Source of the DNA: Carcharhinus longimanus
Taxonomy: Eukaryota
NCBI GenBank assembly: GCA_030264375.1
Contig: JASCQW010000190.1
Location: forward strand, 61,227,369-61,291,368
Direction: 5' to 3'
Length of the DNA stretch: 64,000 bases
Part shown: positions 1-12,725 of the stretch, piece by piece
How positions within the stretch are numbered: the stretch's first letter is position 1
Layout: the number at the start of each line of letters is the position of its first letter
Position numbers and translations under genes: made by a program
The notes under the pieces: generated by a model
The model's input: the letters and a program-made list of their open reading frames with translations, nothing else
What the model was told of the DNA's origin: nothing
Database searches by the model: none

Positions 1-230
1 CCAGACGGAGCGGAGGAGGAGCCGGGGCGGCAGTGCAGAGGGAGCGGGGCGGAATGCAGTTCGGGTCGGTGCTGGTGACCGGCTCCAGCCGGGGTCTGGG
101 TCTGGAGCTGCTCCGCCAGCTGGCGCAGGCTGAGCCGCCGCCTCGGTACCTGTTCGCCGGCTCCAGGGACCCCGAGAGCCCGCGGGCCCAGGTGAGTGGC
201 TTCAGGCCCAGTGTGAAGACCAAGGGAATA
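1..230. promoter_or_regulatory. GC/CpG-rich island covering the 5' end and first exon of the SDR gene
   Basis: High GC with many CpG dinucleotides and GGGGCGG boxes, dropping abruptly to AT-rich sequence after about 230. Confidence 0.6.
54..191 (+). CDS. First coding exon of a C-factor/CsgA-like short-chain dehydrogenase/reductase
   Basis: ATG at 54 encodes MQFGSVLVTGSSRGLGLELLRQLAQAEPPPRYLFAGSRDPESPRAQ, containing the Rossmann TGxxxGxG motif. It ends at a strong phase-0 donor, CAG|GTGAGT (191/192). No downstream SDR exons were recognised. Confidence 0.85.
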
Positions 231-639
231 AACTTCACTCCTCCCCACCCCCAGAACTATTCTAATCTTAAACTTAAATTTTAATCTTTCACCATGAGAA
301 AGTGATTAATGTTTTCTTTCCCTGAAAAAGACCAGAATATTGGAAATGGTGCAATCTTAGATTAATATCTCAACACATTTTAGGCAGTATTTTCCACTCA
401 CTGTTATTGGGCCACCATGCCATGTGGTCCAACCTTTGTCCCTCATTACGAAGCAATCTTTCACCAAAAAGGAGCAGTGGCTTGTTTGAGGTGCTTACCT
501 TTCCCAATCTTGTCTACCTCTTCCAAGATTGTACAAGAAGTGTGTAGTATTGTTTGTCGTCCCTTAACTATCTCTGGGAATGGTGCAGTGGAATGCTAAC
601 CGAGGCAGATCCTCCTTCCATCTACTTCAAAGCCCTCTG

Positions 640-1490
640 GAATATTGGCTTTTGTCTTGAGGGAATTAGAATACAAAAGTGAGGGAAGAAATGCTTCAAC
701 TGAAGGGGTGCCTTGAATGAATCACATCTGGAGTGGGTGCCAAAGCTCCAGAAAGATTTATAATTGCCTCAGAAGAAGTATCGTGTAGATTCACCACCCA
801 GAATGACATCAGACTTTACAGGATTAGATTATAAGAATGAGTTAACACAAACTGGGTTGATATTCTCTTGAATTTAGATGGATAAGGTTGATCCAGACAA
901 GATGTTTATAATGGTAAAGGGATTTGAGTGTGGATGAGAGATTTCCTACGGAGGAATACTACTGTGTGCAGTTTTGGTACCCTTATTTGCGAAAGGATAT
1001 ATTGGCCTTGGAGGGAGTACAGAGAAGGTTCACCAGGTTGATACCGGAGATGAGGAGAGATTGAGTAGATTGGGCCTGTACTCGTTGGAGTTTAGAAGGC
1101 TGAGGGGGGATCTTATAGAGACATTTAAGATAATGAAGGTGCTACATAGGGTAGAGGTAGAGAGATTATTTTCACTTAGAAAGGAAACCAGGACTAGACG
1201 GCACAGCCTCAAAATAAAGGGCGGAGGGTGGGGGGGCGCAGTTTAGAACAGAGTTGAGGAGGAACTTCTTCTCTCCGAGGCTAGTGAATCTCTGGAATTC
1301 TCTGCCCATTGAAATGGTAGAGGCTACCCCGTTGAATATGTGTAAGTCACGGGTAGATACATGTCTGATCGATAAGGGAATTTTGGGGAGCAGGCTGGTA
1401 AGTGGACCTGATCCATGATCTCATTGAATGGCGGGACAGGCTCGAGGGCCTGAATGGCCTACTCCTGCTCCTATTTCTTATGTTCTTAAA
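640..1490 (+). mobile_element. CR1-type LINE 3' fragments (older and younger copy)
   Basis: Translation contains ERLSRLGLYSLEFRRLRGDLIETFKIMK and TRRHSLKI, followed by the typical tail cctactcctgctcctatttcttatgttctta. Confidence 0.85.
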
Positions 1491-2689
1491 GCTCTTCGAG
1501 GTAGGTTATCTGTTCGAGTGGATTTATCAACTTTCAAAAAAGATGAATTCCCCAGCTGTCTTTTAATTTTACTCGTTAATTCTAAGTCTTATTGTTCATT
1601 AATCCCATTTCTTCCAGTATCTTTGAATCGATTTCCCTCCTTGAAGACAAATGCACAATATATTTTCTGTACACTTTCTTCTTCCCAGCTTAAGCCTTCC
1701 TCTTCCTGCCTGTAATTGTCTCGCATTTGCTAATACCTCCCTCCTTCCGAACTTACATAAGCTTTTATAGTCGATTACTAGTTTCTTACCAGGTTGGCCA
1801 CAAATTCCATCTAGAAATTCTTTTTTGCGTTTCTTGATCTTGGCCATCAATTGCTGAATTCTAAAAAAAACACAAATGCGTCGTATCCTCAGATCTGCTT
1901 CTTCTTTGAACATTTTATAAGCTCTTCTTTTGACATTGTACAACATTTAATTTGTCTTCTTAGCCAGGACTGCATCACTTTTCTTTGTAATAATCTTATA
2001 CTTCGTAACGCTTAATTGCAACAAGTTTATTATCAACACTGGTCTTATGTTTGGATCTTTAGCATACTTTCTAGGAAACAGTGCCGTACACATTCCAGGA
2101 ACATGCGTTCTAAAGCAATTGTGCTAATTGTGTTGATCCAATCCACTTGTGAGTTGAACTTCCCAATGTTTTCCCTACTTCCCTAGTTACATGTCTGCAT
2201 TATTCCCTAATTTTACCATGACCCTCATTTTTACAGTTGTATGGCGTATACATAGGTCACGCCAACCTTTGCTCCCACATTGTTTTTATCCTTTCTTCAG
2301 CCAAAGTCATTTGACAATTTCACCTTTACAGAGAAGAACATTTCTCGTTAAATTACTGAACACTTCTTTTTTTAACATTGCTATTTCATTCCGTTTTCTT
2401 TTTCCCTGTATGTCCTAAATGTTGAATTACCTTTGATGTGCAGTTCTCATCATTTTTTCAGGCTGCATCCACATCTGCGCAATAGCAATACGATCACACC
2501 CATTTTCTTCTACTCTTCCATGAGTTGATCCACATTTTTGCAAATGCATAACATTTTAGCATTTCTTTTCCAAACTTCGGATGTATTCGTTACCAGTGTT
2601 TGGACGGAGTAACAGGATGTTATCTGAAAAATGTTAGACCGTGAAGTTGTGATGAAGAAAGTCTGTCCTTTGTATGCCATTCATTCTAA

Positions 2690-3320
2690 GCAGTAGATGC
2701 AACAAGGCAAATGGCATGTTGACCTACATTGAGGAGTATTTGAATATGGGGCAAGGATTTCTTACTGAGGCTGCACAAATCTTGATGAGGTCACAAGTGG
2801 AACATTGTGTGTAGTTTTAGTCTCCTGACCTAATAAAGTATATACATGCCATAGAGGGCACACAGTGAAGGTGCACCACACAGATTCTTGGAATGAGAAG
2901 TTTTTGTGTGAGGTAGGGTCAACTGTATTCACTGGACTGGAGCGGAATGAGAGATAATCTCATTGATTATTTTTAAACGTAGGCAGGACTGGACAGAAAT
3001 CGTTCAAAGATAACCTTTCTCCTCCCTGTGAGGTGTGGAACAAATTTCGGATATGAGGTAGGACAGTTAAGATTGAGATGAGAAGAAATTTGTTCACTCA
3101 CATCGTGCTGTATAACACAGAAAACTGTGAATACCGAATTACTGAATACATTAAAGAATTAAATGGATGTATTTATACCCACTAAAGGGTCAATGCATAT
3201 GCGGTGAGAGCAGGAGTATGACATTGAGATAAAGGATCAATCATGATTTTGTGGAATAGCAAATAAGGCTCTACTGTCGTAAGGGCTTACTTCTGGGCCT
3301 ATTTACATGGCTTCTATGAC
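2690..3320 (+). mobile_element. Degenerate CR1-type LINE 3' fragment
   Basis: Decayed matches to the same CR1 3' region (tgtgtgtagttttagtctcc, gaatgagagataatctcattga, gagatgagaagaaatttgttcactca). Confidence 0.65.
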
Positions 3321-3689
3321 TCCAGCTTTTGGTTAGTTGCTTCGAACATTGCACAACTGGACGTGAAGAGCTCTGCATCGTTTAAAACAGTTGAGGGTTT
3401 TGAGCTTTACTCTCCTTTCAGGCGGCAGGTTCTTTTGACAAATGTCTTTTATGGCGATTGCCTCATCTCCCCACTAGCCTTTCTACCGATCACTTTATTG
3501 GTCTAGTTCCAAGCTATAAGATTGCCGACTAAAGCAAATAGGCCATTCACACCTACTTGAATAGGACACCACAACATGTAATACATCTCAACCTTTATCT
3601 TCTCCTTGCTCCGAGCTAAGGTCACGATTCGCTTCAAGATGTCCACAACTTGTTCCGAAGAAAAGCGAGGCTGCGTGCATTAATGACAA

Positions 3690-5075
3690 GCACGCAGTAG
3701 CTTTGACATCCGTAATTATGAGGTCCTAGGGAGGGTTCATTATGGTATGCATGAACTTCGGTCTCCTAGATCGTCTGGATCCACTGCCACAATAGGGTTA
3801 TTGCAAATGCAATTTACGCTAACTCTGAAACACCTGGATAACAAGGACGATTTGGCCAGGCTCGGATGTATTGACTATAGTTCAACCTGCAACACGATTG
3901 TCCCAAAAAAACTCATTTCCAAACGCCGTGGTCTAGGTATTGGCTCGCCTTCTGAGACTGGATTCTAGACTTCCTTACTCAACAGACCACACTCAGTAAG
4001 GATAGGTAACAACACTTCCTCCGCGATTATCATCAACATTGTGTCCTCCGCCCTCTACTGTATTCATTATACACTTAATACAGCATGAACGAACTCTGCT
4101 CCAACTCAATTTTCAAATGTGTTGATAGCGTCAACGTAGTTTCAAACAATGATATCACGGAGTACAGGAAAGAGTTTGAGAAAAGGATGAAATAGTGTGA
4201 TAAAAATAATCTCTCCCGCAATGGAAATAATACAAACGAGATAATCATGAACTTCAGGAAACGTGGTGGAACACGTGCCGCTGTCTACACCAATGGTGAC
4301 GAAATGGAAATAGTCGGCAGCTTGAAGGTTTATAGTGCTCAGATTACCAGCAATATCTCATTGTCCTTTTATGCAAGTGCTATAGTTAAGGAAATCCACC
4401 AATGCCTCAAACTTATCAGAAGGTTAAGGAAATTCTACATTTCCCGTAGGACTCACCAGTTTACACAGATACGCCATAGAACATAGAACATTATAGCGCA
4501 GAACAGGCCCTTCGGCCCACGACGTTGCGCCGACCAGTTAAAAAGCAATGACCCTCTAACCTAAACCAAACCCTTTCCATCCATAAACCTATCCACGGAT
4601 CTCCAGATGCATCACTGCTTGGAATGTATCCCGCTCTGTCCAAGTCCGCAAGAGCCTACAAAGGATAATGAGCAAAACCAAATCTAACATGCAAAGCAGC
4701 CTCACATCCATTGTCTCAGTCTACAATTTCTGCTGCCTCTGAAAAGTAGCCGGCATAATCGCAGATGCCACTCACACCAGACATACTCTCTTCCATCTTC
4801 TGCCATGAGGAAAAAAAAACACAAAAGTCTGAAAACACTTAGAAACCGAGCCAAGAACAACTTCTTCCTTGCTGCCGTCTGGTTTTTGAGTAGATATATA
4901 TATATTGAGCTGATCTGTTCAATCACCCTATCTGTAACGACAACAAACATTCTTTCCTTCTCCACCTGTAATCCGTGAACGATATTTCTCTTTATAGCAT
5001 ATTGTAAACATAAGAATCAACACTTTCCACTGTGTCCCAATTATATGATAACATTAAATCAAATCCAAATCAAAT
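3690..5075 (+). mobile_element. Degenerate Rex1/Babar-type LINE (RT to 3' end) with a small nested insertion near 4480-4600
   Basis: HLDNKD...CIDYSSTCNTIVPKKLISK resembles the RT motif FIDYSSAFNTIIP; also contains MNFRKRGG...IRRLRKF and ends in a (caaat)n tail. Confidence 0.75.
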
Positions 5076-5929
5076 GTCGCTTCAGATTCATTGGTTCAAA
5101 GGAGGAGAAGCCCAGTCCACCATTTTTTTCCCTCACAGTTGCAAATATCATCTGCTGGCAACAATTTCAATTACTGTGCACTTATTTCTGCAATCTGGTA
5201 AACAGAAGAAATATGATCTTCAAGTTATAACTGAGTTCTCTACTTAAGTGAATAAAGTCGACTCATCATCTCTTCCAGCATAATCTTCCTGTTCAAATAT
5301 TATAAATGGACTGATTCCATTTGTATTCCTAAACACGTCATTATCCCATCCTACTACCTTTTGGGATCTGTTGATAGGCACTCTAACGTCCTTCACTTCT
5401 TTTACACTCCCCATAAAACTCACAACTGTGCATTGTATGGCTTGACATTGCCAAATGCATCTGCTCAAACGTCAGAAATTCGAATTCAATTTGCCCTTTT
5501 TCTGCCTACCTGGATATTCAATTGATATCTTGCACAGTTCTGCCAAGCTACTGCGAGCATATTCTTTTCTATTCTTAGCTGAACCAGAGGTCATCCCATG
5601 GTTTGATGGTAAAGTGAACATGAGTTATATGATAGACTTTTTTTTGCCGAAAGTAGTTCTGTTGTTCTAATGATCCACAGCACGTCTTGGTTGTTCAGTT
5701 CTAAGCTGCAATGTCTGTTCTGCATCTATGCCATTTATAACCGAGAACCCAAAGTGCAGGACAAATGTCCAAAACAATAGCGGGGTAATATTCTGAAATT
5801 GCAAAACGATGCATATTTTCTAGCAGCTGCATACTATTTAATATTTGTTAATCATTTTGCCAATTTACATGTAAGCATCCAAATCTTCTGAAACGTTTCT
5901 GTAAAAAGAGACGTGTTAGCAAATAATAT

Positions 5930-6290
5930 ACTTCAGTGCCTGGAATCAGGGTTTAGTTTCGGCCTGTGTTGCCTGTCTCTGCGGTATTTGCGTGTTCTTC
6001 AATATCTGCTTCGTTGTCCTCCCTGTGCATTGCTTTCCTCCCACAGTCTCAAGATTTGCAGGTTAGGCAGATGGGCCACGCTAAAGTTACTCATTTTTGC
6101 CCAAAGAGTTGTAGGATCAGTGGATTACGAGGTTAAATGGGCCTGTGGGAAATGACACTCGGCGTGGGAAGAATGCGGGATGGAGTGGTGGCAGTGATTG
6201 AGATCGGGCAAGACACTGTTTTGGAAAGTCTGTACAGAATCTATGGATCGAATAGCCCCTTCTGCACTATCGAGATTCTATGGTTCTGCG
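5930..6290 (+). mobile_element. Degenerate tRNA-derived SINE
   Basis: tttcctcccacagtctcaagatttgcaggttagg...gatcgaatagccccttctgcact, similar to the other SINE copies in the window. Confidence 0.55.
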
Positions 6291-6786
6291 AAGTAGGCCA
6301 AACAGTCCATCGAGATTCTTCACTATACCAAATGGTCAATATTGGGCTTCAACTCCTATTGCTGCTGCTCCTCGTATCCCTTAATTCTCTCGGGTATCGT
6401 AAGATTATCCTAATCTGAAATGTAAAGGAACAGATGAAGTTGTGTCATTTTTAAATGGAAATAACCGGCTCTATGTATGCAGTACAGCAACCAGGTAATA
6501 TCGCAAGCAGTATTGTTTCTTCTGATTCAAAACATTTTGCATTAAACCCATTTTCGTTGTTGCTTTAATGTGTTAATTCAATGATTCAATGAATGCAGCA
6601 CATCCTGGTTGAATTGATAGTGGACACGTTCGCTCAATCATTGCATTACATTGAAACTTAAAATGATGATGCGACATTTTTGAAGACAACCTGCTTGTAG
6701 GTGACGTAAATAACTAATGCGTGAGAGCACAGCTGTCTTGCTGAACGTCGGCTGAGTTTTAATTTTTCAAGAGTGAGAGGGTATAT

Positions 6787-9030
6787 TGTTAGACGTAACC
6801 AATGGCAACATTAGACCTGTTGTATGTGACCAATGCTAACAAGCTATAAGGGTCAAATGACAGAGTAAACAATGTAAGCAACGCCAAAAATGATGTGGTG
6901 GTCTGATGACCAGCTGAGCTTAGTATAAATAAAAATCTGTTGGGGAATGGGGAGAGCTCGGAATCGGCCAGGATGAGGCCTGAAGTGCTGTATTCAATNN
7001 NNNNNNNNNNNNNNNNNNNNNNNNNNNNNNNNNNNNNNNNNNNNNNNNNNNNNNNNNNNNNNNNNNNNNNNNNNNNNNNNNNNNNNNNNNNNNNNNNNGG
7101 ATGAGGCCTGAAGTGCTGTATTAAATTGTTATCTTTGATTTATGATTTGGAATAAGCCTTGGTTTGTTTCTTTGCCTATAGCTGAAGAGTTCCTTCTCGT
7201 GGATCAACATTAGTCGCAGAGTGAAACCCATTGTAACATGGTGTTTGTTTTAAAGAAGTGCTACAACCATGAAAGGAGGTCGAAGTAAACTGACGGGATT
7301 TGATTTCCCTGCTCTCCCCCCACTCCATCCCTTTTCAGATGCTGAACTATATCAGCAATAGAAGGCATAGGTGCAAATGTGGACCCTTGTCACTGCAGTA
7401 CCGAAAACAAAGCAAGGCATGCCATTGGCATTGTGCTTCTGCTTAGAGCAAGATAAGGAGCAAAACATTTTCTGATTGGAGAGCAAATGTCCGAAACAAA
7501 AGGAGGCCGACAGCTTGTGCTACCAGACTTAATTAAGCTTTACCAAAAAGACGAATTCTTGGAGAATTATTAGGATGAGTGAAGTTTGACAAGATTAGGA
7601 AATAAGATGTCCAATCCATGAAGGAGTATATCATGAATTTAATAGGGGTCATAACAGGCTATGCGAATTTAATTTGGAGATTCCAGATTGGCCTTTAAGT
7701 TGTTGGATTGTGAGTGTCTTTCGCAAATGGATATTATTTTAGTAATGCCTGGAATGCAATTAAGGGAAACCGAGCCTTTCTTTGATCAAATAACATCATC
7801 ATTAAAAAAGTTTTTCGAGGAACATTCGTTCCCCGCAACATTTTTCAATTTGGATTCGATTGCCAAAACACACAGAATGGAGAAGTCAGTGATAACTCAA
7901 CCACATGCCGGACCAAATGGTAAACGACGGCCCTTAAATAGAGACGGTTACGCTAATAACAGAAGTAGTGTTTAAACCGGATATAAAGACGAGAACCCAT
8001 TTCATGATTTGGAAAGAGGACGCACATGGGAAACTGATAAAAGGCATTGAACTCGAAGAGATGCTACAGGATTACAACTCACTATTTCCAACGTGATACT
8101 CCATATCACTGTGTAGTAAACTGCCCAAAAAGAAGAAATTGTCCTTTGGAATTACATGTGATACACAACACATGGAAACCGACTGTGATTCGGATAATGA
8201 CCAGCGAGGCATTGTTTTGGTGGCAGGAAAGTTGAATCCTGTAATGAGCGCCTTGATGATAGATTATTTCAATTGTGTTATTTTACATACTGGATGCACG
8301 TCCACTCTCTGCTGCCAAAGATTAGCTAAATTCCTATTTGGGGTTTCTTGGTCAGAAAGACTGAAAGGTAGCAAACAAAATTATAGTTCTACCTGTTTTA
8401 GATTTGGAGATGACATTAGGTTAACGTCGTCAAAAAGCGTGGTACTTCCCTTTGGGATTGCGGGAATCAACTTATTCTTACATACAAATGTCGTTTCTTT
8501 GTTGTTAAGAAAGTCTGCGATGAAGAAAGTGCAGATGATAAAACCGTGGTATTTGGGGAAAACTGTGGCCCTGTATTTGACAAGATCCGGCCATTATTGT
8601 TTTCCCTTAAGCAGACCAAATGTATCGGACCAAAGGATTCATGATGCAATGGTATCATTTTCAGATAGTAGCACGATGGTTAAAAACATTATTCTGAAAC
8701 TCCATACGCTGTTTGCTCACCCATCATTACAGAGACTGAATGCATTGTTGCAGCAAGTAAGTTGTTGCACAAGAATTATAATGATCTTATAGAACAAATA
8801 CCAGCTCAGTGTGAAATTTGGATAAAATATAGGACATCCCAGTTTTTAGTTGCGAGTCTACCACTAGCAGGATATTTCAATGATGTAGAGCGATAGATCC
8901 AAATATATGGTACGAGACAAAGGCATCTATCTACTGCAAGTCATGGGCATGACCACCCGGTTTAGCATATCTACCGTGGTTTATAGCAAAGATAAAAATA
9001 TCATTACAGATAAAATTATGACCCACTACA
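6787..9030 (+). mobile_element. Decayed LTR retrotransposon with gag-protease-integrase order (Ty1/copia-like)
   Basis: Putative LTR with TATAAAT near 6925, broken gag with a zinc-knuckle remnant (CY...H...NCP), protease-like ILHTGCTSTLC and FRFGD, then directly KLHTLFAHP...C (integrase HHCC region). Many stops and frameshifts. Confidence 0.6.
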
Positions 9031-10084
9031 TAAATATTTCTCCAACCAATATCTTGAAAATATTGCTCCGTTCAGTTCAATACTGACACATCGGTGTCAC
9101 TATTCCATTCACATTCAGTGTTCCCTTGTTCAATGTGGCATGGTTCCGATCTTGAATTGATGATCATGCATTGAGACCGTAGCTGTTCCATTTTGCATCA
9201 TGAACTGGCACAAATCTACCACTTGATGTGCAACTCGGATTGGACATAATTTCCTTCCGTACCGGCGTGCACCACGATAACAAAAAAAGCTTATTTGTCT
9301 CCAAATCATCAAAACTTCTGAAAACACAGAGAATCCCATGAGAATCTCTGTTTCTGCGTTACAAAGTTGTCGTACAAATATGCACACCATCGCGTTATAA
9401 CACTTCACTTTGCATACTGCATCAATTTGTGTGATTTGTACTTCGATCCTTCCGAGGTCAGTATATATTGTACCCAATATGTTACCTCTTGTATTGTGCA
9501 CCGGAATGCAAATATATGACATATACGATTCCCGCAAAATGTCTTTAGGCGTTAAATGTTCGTTGGATTACCACATTAAGATTGCTTCTGGTTTATCCCC
9601 TTGGATCGAAAAAAAATGGACGAAATCGCATTCGTCTTTGTTGAACTGCATTTCCCACAATCTGCGCATTCACTCTATTGAGTGATAATTTTCATTATCT
9701 CAAGATTGTTTCTGGCAATTCACACTTTACCCTATTAGCCAACCACAATATATTTGCAGACTGAAATTGGCTCACGGCTGACACCTGAGCAGCTGTTCAA
9801 TTTATCTTTCTTATATTTAACTAATGTCATAGTTTCCTCACTCACTATACCTCGAAGATTTTCAATCCCTATGAGATGTTTTCTCTCCTCCAAATTAAGG
9901 TTTATGCTGCATTTTTTTTTCTTTTTCATTTTAGGTGGCCGCTGCTTTGCTAAGCCCTAGATTTTCTTTCTCAAACCTCTGCCAATATCTACCCCAATTT
10001 CTTTGGTGAAAAGACTTCTGGCAATTTGTACTTTCCGATGGAGTTTTAATGCAATGTCTGTAATCGTCTCTTGCATCAGAGGAT

Positions 10085-11030
10085 GGCGAGTGTGTGTGAT
10101 TATCTGAATGACGATATTTGTGTGTGCAGCTGAGTGTCTGTGTGTGTGTGTGTGTGGAATTGTCTTTAAATATGGATTAGAATGAGAGTGTGAGTGTGTA
10201 AGGATTAGTGTGTATGTACATGTGTGAGGATGAGTGTGTGCATGACGATCAGATGGTGTTCTCTTGTGAGAGNNNNNNNNNNNNTGTGTGCATGACGATC
10301 AGATTGTGTTCGCTTGTGAGAGGAGGAGTGTTTGTTTACTAGGAACTGTATGTTGTTAGGATCAATGTCCCAGTATCTATCCCAGTTTCCTTGGTTAAAA
10401 GCCTTGTTACAATTTATATTTTCTAACTGTGCTTTTCTGCAATGTCTATCGTATTTTCTGGTCTTAGATCGGTGAGATGTTACTGCGTGTGTTTCTCTGT
10501 GAGGATGAGTGTATTCATGTGCGCAGATGAGTCTATGTGTGTGCCTGTGTATTTCTGTGTGTGCATGGATTTGTGTATATGTGCGGGGTACAATGAGAGT
10601 ACGAATGTGTGAGTGTCATTGTGTATCAGCATGCATGAGGACCAGTGTGAGAGAAAACGAGTGTTTGTGTACTTGGATGAGTGCGTGTTAGGATGAATCT
10701 GTGCGTTTTAAGATGAGTATGTCTGAGGTTGAGTGTCATTTTGTACAAGTGGGTGTGTATGTACGTTGATAATCGGTTGAGTGAATGTGTGGGCATGGGT
10801 TTCTGAGGACATGGGTGCTGGTATATGTCTGAGGTTGATTGTGTGATCACACATGTGTATGTGTGTGTGTGTCTGTGGTTGCGATGAATGTGTGCATATT
10901 ATGACGAGTTCGTGTGCATTCGTAGATGTGAGTGATTGAGTGTGTTCTTCTGTGAGAAGATGAGTGCATGCCTGAGTGCATATGTGCGTGCGCGTGTTTA
11001 TGTAAGCATGTGCCTGGGTTTGTATGTGAG
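10085..11030. repeat. Long degenerate (TG)n-rich low-complexity tract
   Basis: Near-continuous GTGTGT/GAGTGT units; source of several spurious C/V/H/T-rich ORFs. Confidence 0.85.
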
Positions 11031-11810
11031 GGCGCAGAACTGAGCCCTAACATATGTGTTAGGATGTACCACAGCACAAACCCAGGTCGCAAATCCCTCC
11101 CAGACCATTTGCCCACAACCCACTCTGGGCCTGCATTCTGTTGGGGGACTGAGGGTGTCCTGCCTCGCCTCTGCAGCATCCAGCAACCTGCTGAGGTTGT
11201 CCTCTGTGAATCTTGACGTTGGTCTCTTGGACATCTTTTCCTGCACTGCCTAGATGCCTGTTTGGACTTTTTATGGAGTTGCCCGTTGTTATGGCAGGTG
11301 TGCTGCAAGCAGTTTGAGAGAGTATGCCAGCAAGTTATATGCAGTTTGCTTGTTAGAAATGAAGGGGAGGCAAGTGAGCAATTGCAGGCATGTTGAAGGG
11401 GGGGGGGGGGGGGTGGGGGCGATGGGGNNNNNNNNNNNNNNNNNNNNNNNNNNNNNNNNNNNNNNNNNNNNNNNNNNNNNNNNNNNNNNNNNNNNNNNNN
11501 NNNNNNNNNNNNNNNNNNNNNNNNNNNCTGGGAGGGATCTTGCAGGGGAGCTACGTTATTTTATATATTTTTTCTGCGTATGGGCAGTTAAAGGCTCCGG
11601 TTGGAGCTGTGACTTTCGGCACCTTTAGCCCCGCCCACAGGCTTCTGCAGCAAGCAACTGGTTCGCCGAAAAAAATGCAGCCAGGGTATGTATATGGGGG
11701 CCTCAAAACGAACCCAAAAAGCAAGTCTGAAACACTCCCAGTTCCACGTTCACCCGGCACTGAGACAAAATGTGCTAAAATAACGCTCGCAGTCAGAAAA
11801 AATCATGTTT
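11030..11810 (-). mobile_element. PIF/Harbinger-type DNA transposon fragment (Myb/SANT-like ORF remnant)
   Basis: Minus-strand MSKRPTSRFTEDNLSRLLDAAEARQDTLSPP resembles GRLLNAAAMRRDILFPP at about 50760-50820 and the N-termini of Harbinger Myb/SANT proteins. Confidence 0.55.
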
Positions 11811-11839
11811 GCACTTGATTTCTGTGTTTGTACCTATTT

Positions 11840-12725
11840 CGATTGTCAAGTTTGCTGAACGACACCACCATTATTGGTCGAATCTCAAACAATGACGAGA
11901 CAGAGTACAAGAATGCCACAGAGAATCTGATTTACTGGTGCCAATGCAATAATCTCTCCCTCAATGTCAAGAAAATGAAGAAGATTGTCATCTACTTCAG
12001 GAAGCGCAAAGCAGAACATGTCCCTGTCTACATCAAAGGGGATGGAGTAGAAGGTATCGACAGCTTCAGGCTTCTAGGTGTCCAGATCACCAACAACCTG
12101 TCGTGCCCGCACCCCCACCCTCCCCCCCCCCCCCCCATGCTGACACTATAGTTTAAAAAAGCTCAGCAACACCTCTACTTTCTTAGAAGACCAAGAAAAT
12201 TTGGCATGACCTCCAGGACTCTCAGCAACTTCGACAGGTGCATCATAGAAAGCAATCTTTCTGGTTATATCACAGCTTGATATGGCTTCTAGTCTGGCCA
12301 AGACTGCAAGAAACTACAAAATGTTATGAATGTAGCCTAATCTATCACGCAAACCAGCCTCACATCCATTGACTCTGTCCACTCTTCCTGCTGCCTCAAC
12401 AAAGCAGCCAGCACAATTCAGGACCCCACACACCCCGGACATTCTCTCTTCCACCTTCTTCCTTCGGGAAAAAAATACAAATATCTGAGGTCACATACTA
12501 ACTGACTCAAGAACAGCTTCTTCCCTGGTGCTGTCAGACCTTTGAATGGACTTACCTTGCACTACGTTCACCTTTCTCTATACCCTAGCTCTGACTGTAA
12601 TACTACATTCTGCACTCTCTAATTTCCTTCTCTACGAATGGTAAGTTTTATGTATAGCGCGGAAGAAACAATTCTTTTCACTGTATGTTGATACATGTGA
12701 CAATAATAAGTCAAATCAAATGAAA
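11840..12725 (+). mobile_element. Rex1/Babar-type LINE 3' portion
   Basis: NDTTIIGRISNNDETEYK...WCQCNNLSLNVKKMKKIVIYFRK, with 3' tail gtgacaataataagtcaaatcaaa. Confidence 0.85.

Noticed and set aside
10509-11308. Cys/His-rich ORFs
   Set aside because: Translations of (TG)n/(CA)n low-complexity DNA.
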